Shown here piece by piece: positions 1 through 11,015 of a stretch of 64,000 nucleotides of DNA. The translations under genes were made by a program, and so were the position numbers. Numbering within the stretch: the first letter of the stretch is position 1; each line of letters begins with the position of its first letter. This DNA is from Mytilus trossulus. Taxonomy: Eukaryota. The notes under the pieces were generated by a model. It did not search any database. It was not told where the DNA came from and was given only the letters and a program-made list of their open reading frames with translations. The DNA is taken from NCBI RefSeq assembly GCF_036588685.1, contig NC_086375.1, positions 22,506,001 to 22,570,000 on the forward strand, given 5' to 3'.

Positions 1-660
1 TTCTGATTCCTGCCATAAAGGCCAATTATTTTTTTGCTAAGGTAGCAGTAAACATTCCTGACGAAGAGTATTGTTTATTTCATGAAATTTTTGAACTGGG
101 TGTTCTATTGTGCACTTTACGCCCAATAGTGTTCCAAAAAATGCTCAATATGGTTCAAATTCGGGCTACGATCGTGCAAAAGAAGATAAACTAAATTCCA
201 TTTGAATATTAAATCTTCTTCCACGGTGATTATTTCCAACTTTGGCGAGCTTTGTATTATATTGGATACGGGCAACTGTGTGTTTGTTCATAGGCAAAGG
301 TTCCCCAAATGCTCTTATCACACGATAACCAGTAGCGATGGGCCTATATCGAACAGTTCTTGTCTAAATGCTCCTGTATGATAATCACTCTCTTTTTAAG
401 ATTGTATTGTTTGCGATGGGTTTCCTTCTGACAGACCTTCATTATGCTTAATTTTCCCTAGCAGATGTTATAGGGAGTCTTTGTGATCTCGGAAGGTCAA
501 TATCGTTTGTTGCTGGATTTTTTATTCTCAAAACGACTTATAGTGGAATGGTGATGACCAACAAAACGTCCAATTGTCACAGCGACATACCTGCGTCTCT
601 CATGCTGAGTATCTGCCATCTTGCTGCAAGTATGAGTTTTGGATGAACAATTAAAAAATG
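1..660 (-). mobile_element. Degenerate Tc1/mariner transposase remnant
   Basis: Minus-strand translation across stops and frameshifts gives RWQILSMRDAGMS..HHSTISR..DLPRSQRLPITSARE..TRTVRYR (Tc1 N-terminal HTH region) and SPNLN.IEHFWNTIGR..LRQE (Tc1 SPDLNPIEHLW motif). It runs off the window start. Confidence 0.8.
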
Positions 661-1100
661 TCAATCACATAACTTTATAAACTTGGTTATTTGAAGTGTT
701 GAAACCAATGTGGACAAAAATATCTGTCTATTGTTACAGTATGTTCAAATAAGAACTTATCGAGTCGATATTTATTGATTAAACTATCATAAATAGTGCT
801 TAACTAGCTCTATTTCAATAAATTATATCACAAAAAAGTAAAGAGTGTTTTTTTAATTTGAATTTCAATTTGGTTTTGCAATACTTTTTTCCATGTGTAC
901 AGTTTATTCAAAATTCTGACCAAATTAATTTTTTTTTATCGAACTAAACTGTTCAACTGGTCAGAAATTTAAAGGAACTGCCATAGAAAAACACCGACAA
1001 GTCGTGAAAGTGGAAGGTGGTAAAATAAACTTACGACAACAATCATGATTGTAAAATATATTGATTTTCATATAATTTTCAAAAACATTTATTTCGATAT

Positions 1101-1146
1101 GAGCGTCACTAATGAGTCTTATGTATACGAAACACGCGTCTGGCGT
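1101..1146 (+). ncRNA. Degenerate type I hammerhead ribozyme (family A)
   Basis: GCGTCA-CTAATGA-GTC-TTATGTA-TAC-GAAA-CACGCG-TC-TGGCGT. The core CUGAUGA is mutated to CUAAUGA and stems II and III carry mismatches. Confidence 0.75.
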
Positions 1147-1941
1147 ACTAAATTATAATCATGGTACCTTTGATAACTATAAGTCGTATGTTATTCGTTA
1201 ACTTTAACAACGTAACTAAAGGAATTTATGGACACTGGGCATACTACTGTTTGTTGTTCCTTACAATTAAGAGCATTTGTCGATCTGTTAACAATCAAAC
1301 AATTAAAAACTTAAAAAATAGTTAGAGTATCCCGATGCCAACAGCTATACATATAAAGAATGATTAAAAACGACAATAATGGAGAAGTCAACTGTTTTAT
1401 TTAAATAGGCTGGACAGTTTGACAGCATACAATTCATTCATTCTCTTTTAAATGTTTACAAGTGTCCAATAATTTGGTACAGCTATATTTTTTTTTAAAC
1501 TGAAAGAGCTTTTAGAGGCATGTATGAAAACAATATTTTTTAAGAAAGAAAAAAAGATAATAACACTGTATTTCCATCAATTCATTTAGAATAATTCCTC
1601 AAAAGTCCAACTCATTAATAGAATATATTGACATTAGACCGCAAAACTATTTATTTTAGATCACTGGAAATAATCCCAAATAGGAGTAAAAACTACTTTG
1701 GTTTTAATACTGCACATATACCGTTAGAGCTTTCTAGGCAGAATCAGTAAAGGCACTTGGTTAAACTGTTATGATTATTATAGTTATATGTGTATGTAAG
1801 TGCTCACAACAACATAATGTACCTGTACGCAAAATTTTGATGCAGTATTAATTCAATATCGGATAATATATAAAATTTAGATTATACAATTCAAGAATAA
1901 CTAAAAGCGGTGAAAGATTAGTTAGGTTTAAACTTGATTCT

Positions 1942-4900
1942 TTAGATTTCTGTGCATGTTGACTGTTTGTCGGTAGTCGATTCTTTGATATCGTGTGTTT
2001 TACTTGATGAATCCATTCCGTCATGTTTCCTACGAACAATAATGATAAATACTATGCCATTGAGTACACCTCCTAAATTTGAGAACGTTGTCACGAAATG
2101 AAACAAAATTTGTGGAACATCCGTTTCCCACTGCCAAATACCATACGTTGCCATGGCCCACCACTGTACTAGGAAAGCGGTAACGAATAGAGACATGGTT
2201 TTCGCAGCTCTGTGCGATGCTTCCAAACTTTTATGTGGGTTTTTGATGGCCTTTACTTCTTTATAGATACGAAACCAGCTAATGACGTAAAGAATTATAT
2301 TGGTCATTGTTATGACGGAAAGAAAAATGGTTGTAAATATAAAGTTGGCTACATGTCCATTGACACCATCGAAGAAACAACTGAAAAGAAAAAAGTGAAT
2401 ATTATTTAAAGGTTGAAATAATTGAGAAAACATATTATATACATTGTAAGGAGTCCGCGATGATCTATTCCTTGCAGTAGGGAAAACATTTTGAATTCGG
2501 CTGTTGACTGCTCTATAATCGGGTTGTTGTCGCTTTGACACATTCCCCATTTCCTTTCTCAATGTAATGAAAGAATATTTTTATTTTCTGAATGATTTAA
2601 TTATACCTTGAATGGTGTTGCAAAATCCCCCAGTGCCTTTTTAATCCATAAGGGAGTCTGCAGAAGGAATGTGTTAATTGTAAATTTTGATTCTATATTT
2701 TATTTAGCTAAACTAGACGTGGTGCCCCAATATTCTCTGTCATAGTTTAGTTATTAAATGCACTTGTCATTGCATGTTTGTTTTAATTATTTGAAATATC
2801 AAATATGGGTGTTTTTAATTCTTTTGATCTCGAACATAATTAATAGTGTTACATTAAAAGCCTCTATGCACTTTTTCTATTTCAAACAATTTCGTATTTA
2901 AAAGAGGGGCGAAAGATATCTGACAACGCCATGGCTAACAAAGAAAAATACAAACAAACAGATAATGGTACCATCGTACGTCTTTTTGAGTTTTTTTGTT
3001 CATGTTGTTACATTTGTTTGTTTTTAAAGTGATTAAGATGACAACACAATGCTGACTGCTGTAGCCCTATTTTTGACATTTTACCTATTCTGTCTAGTTG
3101 TTTAGTTCACGCATCGTTGTCAATATAAAGGAATTTGATGCGACTGTCATACAAGTGAGAGGTTTAGCTAGCTACATAACAAAATGCTAGATAATATATG
3201 GCTTCGTTTCGTATCTTTAGTCTTGACGCCATCTAAGTAACTATTGAGTTAACCTCCGAAGAGCTCCGATGGTCATATAAGCAATATAAACATACATAGA
3301 GATATAAATAGAAACCCAACTCGTGTAATTGAATTTTCAAGGTCTGTTTAATTCCATATTATAGATTACAAATAAATATTTATCATCGTTTTCACCTGTA
3401 CAAAAATTATTTTTGTGGATTGAATTAGTCTATCAAATGATTTACCTTTGTTTCAATTTCAATGTTTACATTCTTTATCTTTAAATGCACACTTCATGGG
3501 CTATCCATCTCTAGTTAAGAGGTGTAATAGAAGTTCACATAAATACGGACTCAATGCGACCGAATTATTCACTTTCTTCATCATAAATGTTTTTTCGATT
3601 AATTTGACAAAATTGAACCATACTGGCTGCTTAAGGCAAATTATTATTGAACAAAAAAAATCATACTTTTTATACATTTCGTAGCTAGTGCCCCTTTAAA
3701 ATGTTGATGATATTTTGAAACATCACAAATCTCAAAATTTTAGCAGACAAACTCTCTAACAATATATTGTTTGCATGTATAAATCATTATTTGAAATTTC
3801 TTACAAAGGAAATCGGATTTCATAGCAAAATCCAACATACATCCTAATATCAGTCACAAAATATGAGATTTTAGAAAATGAAAAAACCCTTCCTCATATC
3901 TTTTTGTTTAAACACCATAAATGACGATGAACTTCTTCCTTCTTTATGTCGGTTACCAGAATTTCATAACAAGAAAAATAAAACATTCAGAAGAACGACA
4001 TATATAAGAATTGTCGGAAAAAAAGGCTTAACAATTTTTTTTCAATTCTGATGATCACCTTTTCTTCTGTAATAGATATCCGCGATAAATATTGTGATGA
4101 GGTATACTCAACCAAGAGACTTGAATCTTAAAATACCTAAATAGTTATTTGATCTGGGAATTGGATGATTGTGTTATATTCACTAACGGTAAATTTGGAC
4201 TGTATTTGCATACAATTTTTTGGTGCATGCATTGACAAGGCAGATGCTTTCCTTTTCAACCCATCCGATCTTGTTCGCTCAATATTTTGTATATATTGAA
4301 ATAGAACACCGAGATTTAAAAATTGGTAAACATGGCATATAAATCACGTTTTAAAAGCAAAATGTTAGCAGTCTGAATGGTCAAAAGCTTTGTTAAGATC
4401 GAATCAGTCAAATTAGACAAAAAATAAATTAAAGCGACAGTAGTTTAACGATTTTTGTTTTTATCTCGGTTATCGATTAAGAAAGACATAGCAAAGTACA
4501 AATAAAAAATAACGGAATCGCATGACCACGAAAAGACAGGAACACAGTGCGTCGACGATAAGTTATTCTTCTTTATGTTTTTACTTACAAGCTTCCATTA
4601 GGACCTAGCTGTCCTAATCCAGCTGCTACTGTTAGTCCTAATGCAGGAGCCCCAAAAATGAATACAAGAAGACGATAATCCCTGCATCCAAAGTCAAGTT
4701 TCTTCCGAAAATAGACTAAAACAAAAACATTAATTGCAACGATGCTGACTAATAAATTCTGAGCTGTGACAAATTCTGCCAGCAAAAATCCATAGAATGC
4801 ACAAAGATATTTTGGTGTTGGTAGTTCCTTTGTAAGAACTATATGCAAATGGTCAGAAAAATGTGAAATATTAAAAAGACCATCACATATTGCCATATAA

Positions 4901-5136
4901 ACAGCAAATCTTTCGCATATTGTCCAATGAAAGAATGTTGATATGTGCTGATGATAAAATGAATAGCTTATAACGGATATAACGCATATCAAGCTTAAGC
5001 ATATACAAATCAGTGCTGGTACATGGATGCTGTAAAAAGTACCATTATCTAGTCCATATACAGGTAAATCATAACCATCCTTTAGCTCTTTTGTTTCTGT
5101 GGTTACAGCAATGGTGGCACTAAATGAAACATTCAT
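1942..5136 (-). CDS. Orphan 7-TM GPCR, cAMP-receptor-like family, paralog 1; exons 5136-4589 and 2380-1942 (328 aa)
   Basis: GT donor at 4588 and AG acceptor at 2382-2381 join GPNGS-F-CFFDG in frame. Seven hydrophobic helices, TM3 and ECL2 cysteines, TM7 GGVLNGIVF, and no DRY or NPxxY. Confidence 0.88.
3185..3699. mobile_element. Partial copy of the TTAA-flanked non-autonomous DNA element (same family as 38759-39399), in the paralog 1 intron
   Basis: Colinear similarity to 38890-39399; ends GTAGCTAGTGCCCCT-TTAA. Confidence 0.7.
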
Positions 5137-6287
5137 TATAGTTGTTTTCTAACTTCTACCTAAATATATTTAAAAAACTTCATCTACTAACGAACTTTTG
5201 AAATTACTTTGTTTAACTTACCGATATATTCATATTGTTCCTGCTTTTTTTTATTAATGCTATGTAAATGTTTTTGTTAGATTTTTACTATTGTCATGGT
5301 TTTCCTCAAGGATTTGTGTTTTTATTATAAATGCTTTTGATTTAAATCTTTTGTTTGTGTTATTTAAAACATCATAACTTATGTAATAAGCGGGAAATTA
5401 TTTGTAAACGAGAAGACATTACGAAATGTGATCCAAAGCATTGCATGTGATCTTTTAATACATCTTAAAGACAATCAATTTTCAAATAAGGAAATTTTAC
5501 TTAAGGATGAAAATAGGTGAAATTGAAAATTGATACGACAAGTCAGAAGAGAAAAAGTTCAGGAACAAAAAAGCTAAACAAATTAATTGGTGATGGATTT
5601 TTTTTCAAAAGGTTTTGCATAAAACAAATGGTGGAAAAAGGCTTATTCGGACTCTTATATTTGCGATGGTATACTTTGGATTCCAAATCGACAGAAAATT
5701 TATCCAGAATCAGTTTCAATTTTGATAAATCACCTTTTATGAGCTATTCAACTGTTATATGAAAAAGAAAAATTGATGTTATTCGGTAAAATATTTACCC
5801 TGTTTTGTTAGGGAAAAACCAAGGAGTCCGAACATTTAAAAATGCCTCAAATAAAGAAACCGTAGCATACCGTAGTTTTTTTATGCAATTTATTGTTTTT
5901 GTTGGTTTTTTTCTACTTCTTATAGTTGATGTGTTTCCCTCGGTCTTAGTTTGTAACCCGGATGTGATTTCTCTATATTGTCTATAACTATTGATCATCG
6001 GTATACTACTGCTGCCTTTAGTTAGTAATATCCATTAATACATCCCCTTATTGCGTTATTGTGCAATGCTATATGTTTGTGTCCTTGCCATTTTTTTTTT
6101 ATTTTGCTGATGTGCTTCGTCTATATGACTTTTTTTTTTTCGTTGTTGATATATGAATTTGGTTTTATGGTAATTTCGTTTATAACACATTCCTATTTTT
6201 GACATTTCTACCTATAATGTCTGTTAATTTGTTTTAGTCACACATTGTTGTATTTATACAAACTTCAAAGGTGTTTGTATCCTGCTA

Positions 6288-6440
6288 TCTCATATTGTAT
6301 TTTCTTGTGGTCTCATATTGTATTTTCTTGTAGTGTTCTATTGTATTTTCTTGTAGACTCTTATTATATATTTCTTGTGGTCTCATATGGAAATATTATT
6401 TCTTGTAGTCTCATATGGAAATATTATTTCTGTAGTTTCA
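6288..6440. repeat. Minisatellite, ~23-28-bp unit (TCTCATATTGTATTTTCTTGTGG), about 6 degenerate copies
   Basis: Direct tandem repetition visible in the sequence. Confidence 0.8.
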
Positions 6441-6723
6441 GTAGGAGGTTGTGTAATCTTTTGTTTGTGTAATCTTTGTTTGTGCAACTGTTGAGGGATC
6501 CTGATATAGCAAATCTCAATAAAGTCAGCATGGCAATATGATAAGTAGCCCACATAAATGAGCAAAAAAGACCAAATAACTGCTCCAAAACAAACTACAA
6601 CCAAGGCAAATATGAGGGGTTTCTATGTGTAAACCAAAACATAGTCTCAGCAAATCATACTTGCTTAAAGCAGAAAGACAGTTAGAATAATAATAATATT
6701 TATTAAAAAGTCATTTAATTTTT

Positions 6724-6956
6724 GGCCCTTGAGAAACACTCAGCATACAAACGCAATTTTGAGTTCCTGCCTGAGCAAGTCAGCTTGCAACCTTCAGTGT
6801 AAGGAAGAACCTGCCTGCCCGACAATGCGCCAGCCGGGGAATGTGAAGCGAGCGTTCTCCACTTAGGTGATGAGACTAGGCGTCTCATCGGCAGCCAGGT
6901 AGTGCAAGGGTCTGACTTGGGGATAGCCCATGTACTCGTGAAGTAGCTGGGGTCTA
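6724..6956 (+). ncRNA. Unidentified highly structured RNA-like element
   Basis: GC-rich island with nested helices 6776-83/6912-19, 6784-89/6903-08, 6809-19/6890-6900, 6836-43/6853-60, 6869-76/6882-89 and 6724-29/6949-54. G-U wobbles favour the + strand. Confidence 0.5.
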
Positions 6957-7886
6957 TCAAACTGGCACTGGAATAAATTTGATAAAATTTGTCCCCGAAA
7001 TGCTTTGGGATGAATGAAATTTTAGAAATGACCAGTGTTAAAATTATATTAAGGAAAACTGAAATAAAGAAAAAATATATCACTAGTTTAAGCTGAGTTG
7101 TTTCTCTAGTCATGAAACATTATTGAAGGTGTTATAGGAAGGGGGAGGTGGGATGTAAATTGAATAATAGCACTGTAAAACTCCATCAACTAGTCAGACT
7201 GCTATGAACCAAGAAACTGATTATACAAAGACCATGCAATTGGCTTCACACACAGATTGGGTACATCTAACATCCAGGGGAGGAGACTGACCTACTGACC
7301 CTCAAATAATATACTATTATTGTGTAATCAGTATTGAAGAGATCTGGTATCATATTCTGCTTCCTCTCCACAGTGATTGTTTGTGACATGTATCTGATTA
7401 AGACAAGATTAGTGTGCCTCCTAGTGAGATTCCAGTTGTAACTTCAAAGTGTCAAATGTTAGACAAATTAACCTCAAGATATAACAAGTGGTCTGTGTAT
7501 GTTAATTAATTGCATCCATGATGTCAGCATCTTTATCATGAAATTAATTACTTGAAAACTGAAATGACTTTTCTGTTTGTATAAACAATACTTAAATTAC
7601 ATATAAGTAAATAAATATTCTGGAATTTTATACGACTGCCATAAAATTGTAAGGTTTAGCTGGCTATAAAACCAGGCTTAGATCAGTATTTTCTACTTTT
7701 GGGTAATGCTTCGGTAAAATATTGAATTTATAAATTGGTTTACTAATCAAAATAAAGTCCTGTAATTGTTTCCTCTCTGTAATTTAAACATGTTAATTGC
7801 ATGCTATTAATTTTAATCGTGCTAAAAAATAATATCAGGTTCAAGAAATCTGTTAATTTCTATCACTAAAATGAAATTTAATCTGA

Positions 7887-7894
7887 TATAAAAA
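7887..7894 (+). promoter_or_regulatory. Candidate TATA box of the C-type lectin gene
   Basis: TATAAAAA about 60 nt upstream of the signal-peptide exon; weak evidence in AT-rich DNA. Confidence 0.4.
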
Positions 7895-8043
7895 CACCAA
7901 CATTTATGTTAATATTGACTACCATTTTGGAAATATCCACACTGTTAGCACGAAATTTGCCTTGTACTGTTTGTTTGTACTATTTGGACTTGTTTTGGTT
8001 TATTGTCATGCTGGTATGGTAACATTTTGTTGGTTTTTTTTTT

Positions 8044-8230
8044 AATAATGCAGACTATTAAATTCATGAATATTGCGATGTGTATCTATCTTCTCCGATG
8101 ATTATCGCCAATTAACAAATATATATATATATATATATTTTATTTTTAAATAATGCACACTATTTATTCAGAAATATTGCGATTTGTATTTATCTTCTCC
8201 GATGATAATGGCACAATTAACAAATATATA
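8044..8230. repeat. Local tandem duplication (~105-bp period) in lectin intron 1
   Basis: AATAATGCA..ATATTGCGAT..TATCTTCTCCGATGAT..CAATTAACAAATATATA occurs twice. Confidence 0.75.
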
Positions 8231-9469
8231 TTTAGTTACCAATACATTTGATAAAGGATAATCACTGCCCAGTTATCTGTAACTATTGTTTATTTCAGAA
8301 CTATATGAGGTGTAAAGTCGGTATGACGTCATTGTTTCGTGTTTTTACATAACAGATGTCGTTAAGAATTTTTAATAAAATGAATGAGAAAAACTTGGTG
8401 TAATTGGACAAGTGGAAAAATATAATAGAAATAATTGGAGTCGCCAAGTATTTTACGAGTGATTTTATTTATAACTGATTTGTAAAATACATAAGACATA
8501 TGTTGGAAAATAATGGCGAACAAATGAAATATATGGGGGAAAACTCTCTAATATGAATAAAATGGGAGTGAATCATATAACAAATAGTTTGCCAAAAAAT
8601 AGTAATCAGTATTATAAATAGATTCTTCTTGTCTCATGGCAAAATATAGACTATAGCTATATATATTGATGTAGCATGTATCAACCCATATCGTTTTTTT
8701 TCACCTCCGGCTTGTACGTGTATCCTTTCAACAATCAATATTTAAACTTCTGCATCCAGAGTATATCTAGGTAAAACGTTTTTATTTTTTTATTTTTACA
8801 GATGATTGCAGTTATCCATACCGACGAGTTGGTAAAGGATGTTATCTTATACAAAAAGATAAAATATCCGGTGATGCTGCGTTTGTAAGTTATTTATAGA
8901 AATCGTCATATGTATATACTCATCAAATCAATGCATAGGGTCGACATAGTCACATCGAAAAGTTGATGAAAATTATTTGCTTATCAACGAGGTGGAGCAT
9001 ATTATAACTATCTTTTAAGTGGTCGTTGATCACATGTGCTCATTAAATTTACTGGTTTTTATTCAGTAACCGTGGTAACAGTGTGTATTTACCTTATAAG
9101 AACTCTTTCGAAAAAATCAAAATGGGGTGATTCTAATATCAACTCCTGAGTGATCGGGTATGACTAAACAATGAACCAATAGCTATAAAAAATGTGAAAA
9201 CATCATTAGAAACAATTAGATAGATAGTCAAAGAACGTCCACATAAAAATTATGTTACGCTAACACTTTGTTTGTCCATATCAAGTCACAAGTTATGCTG
9301 TCTTGACCAATTGTTTCGTTTGTCGATACTTTTGATTGTATGTTTTTGTATAAGAGCAGACGGAGTTTGGTGTTTGATGAGGTATAGTGGTCGATTCTTG
9401 TTTTCCCATTTTTATGTATTATTTTAATACAACTGTCAATCTAATTACAAGAATGTTCACGACTATGGA

Positions 9470-9625
9470 AAGATTAAAAAACAAATAAAATACTTCTTTG
9501 GAGTGTACAATTTTGAGTTTAGTATGGCGTTCATTATCACTGAACTAGTATATACTTGTTTAGGGGCCAGCTGATGGACGCCTCCGGGTGCGGGAATTTC
9601 TCGTTGCATTGAAGACCTGTTGTTA
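9470..9625 (+). repeat. SINE-like interspersed repeat (TTTAGGGGCCAGCTG...CGGGTGCGGGAAT family)
   Basis: The same sequence occurs at 33150-33292, and its 3' part at ~2490-2565. Confidence 0.65.
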
Positions 9626-10614
9626 ATTCCACTAACCCAATTCGCCAAAAAGTGACAAACAGGTGAAATATTCATTTGATGATATTTCTTTTATAGGAAT
9701 AGTTAGATAAAAAAAAATGAAAACAACTTAATTGTACACATGTTATATAGTGTCTTCAAGATTACATATAACTTTCGCATTATTGTTTTATAATTAAAAG
9801 AATTTATATATATTGTATTTCCTCTTTTGGACGTTTGTTATGCTTCAGACAAAATGCCTCCGACGAGGTGCATACCTGGAAAATTTCGAAACTCTAAATG
9901 AAGCTATGTTGATGAAGTACGAACTTCTAAAAATGAACACAGGTATTTTCTTTATAATTTAGACGAAACACTATAACAACACTTGTTTTAGTCGTGAACT
10001 CCATATTTTTCTACGTTAACTTGGAAATGTACAAGAACAATAGTAGGTATAAGTAAAGAACCATAGATTCAGTTCAGTTTGAAAGAGCACACAAGAAAGT
10101 AGAACATATTTTTAACAAACTCGTTTATTCGCCGTGCTTACAAACTTTGAAATACGCTATAACACTTGCAAGAAAAGTCATTCAGCAATTACCAATTAAC
10201 AATAGTTAAGGTTTTTAAACACTAGTTGATGTCAAATGGAACCGTTTTCACACAATGACGCTTTTGACATTAAATTTTAGGTCTAAATGCATATCACATG
10301 AATGTTCTTTTTGTACAATTTTGTTTATTTTTATTTCTAAGGTGTGCATTATTATGTCGGTGGACGTAACATCAATAGATACAAGACCGGTGGTGATTGG
10401 AGATGGATAAAAAAGAACGGGAAAATGGTCAAGATGACGTACTTGGCATTTGATGATGGAGAACCAAATGGCACATTTCAAAGTGCACAAGATTGTATTT
10501 TCTTTTATGCTGCTAGAGGCTATAGGTTCCATTCTGTCTATTGCGCAATGCATGAGAAATAAATTATGATTGAAGTTTTACAATCGTTCTTTTCATTTAA
10601 ATGCAGATATTACA

Positions 10615-11015
10615 TATAAGAAAGAAGATGTGGTATAATTGCCAATGAGAGAAGTCTCCCCAAGAGACCAAAATGACACAGAATTCAACAACTATAGGTC
10701 AGCGTACGGCCTCCAAAATCAATAAATATAAAAAAGAAGATGTGGTATTATTACTCATAAGACAACTGTCCACAAGAGACCAAAAGGACACAGACATTAA
10801 CAACGAACAGCAATACTACATAGTCAGCTATAAATCGCCCAAAAAAAAAGACAATGTAAAATAATTCAAACAAGAAAACTCAAAGCCAAATCTATGTGCA
10901 AAAAATAAACGAAAAACAAATACGTAACACATAAACTAACGTCAACCACTGAATTGCAGACTTCTGACTTCGGACAGACACATACATACAGAATGTGGTG
11001 TGGTTAAACAGTTCA
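10615..11015 (-). repeat. SINE/retroelement-tail repeat ending GTTGTCTCATTGGCAATCATACCACATCTTC
   Basis: The same tail occurs at ~22005-22190 (-), 30945-30995 (+), 33585-33690 (+), 52910-52975 (-) and 54935-55315 (+). Confidence 0.65.

Larger units (their letters stand above)
7950..10562 (+). pseudogene. Secreted single-domain C-type lectin (perlucin-like, EPN motif); exons 7950-8013, 8802-8884, 9849-9942, 10342-10562; ACG start, final Cys missing
   Basis: Four GT-AG exons with compatible phases total 462 nt and read (ACG)KFALYCLFVLFGLVLVYCHA-DDCSYPYRRVGKGCYL..AAF-TKCLRRGAYL..-GVHYYVGGRN..WRW..EPNG..QDCIFF..RFHSVYCAMHEK*. There is no in-frame ATG before an upstream TGA. It could be functional through non-AUG initiation. 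Confidence 0.8.

Noticed and set aside
2381-2562. N-terminal extension of ORF 1942..2562
   Set aside because: Intron and SINE-like sequence upstream of the true splice acceptor.
6288-6440. CRISPR-like array
   Set aside because: Contiguous minisatellite without unique spacers, in eukaryotic DNA.
6724-6956. Assignment as U3, SRP, RNase P/MRP, 7SK, telomerase RNA or HDV ribozyme
   Set aside because: TGATGA and CTGA are buried in helices and the U3 5' domain is absent. There is no SRP helix-8 motif, no P4 consensus, no GAUC pair and no CUAACCCU template. GCCCUUG/CAAGGGU could be an HDV P1, but P3, L3 and P1.1 do not form.
6715-7113. 132-aa minus-strand ORF
   Set aside because: No recognisable domain; it is the antisense reading of the GC-rich structured element plus AT-rich flank.
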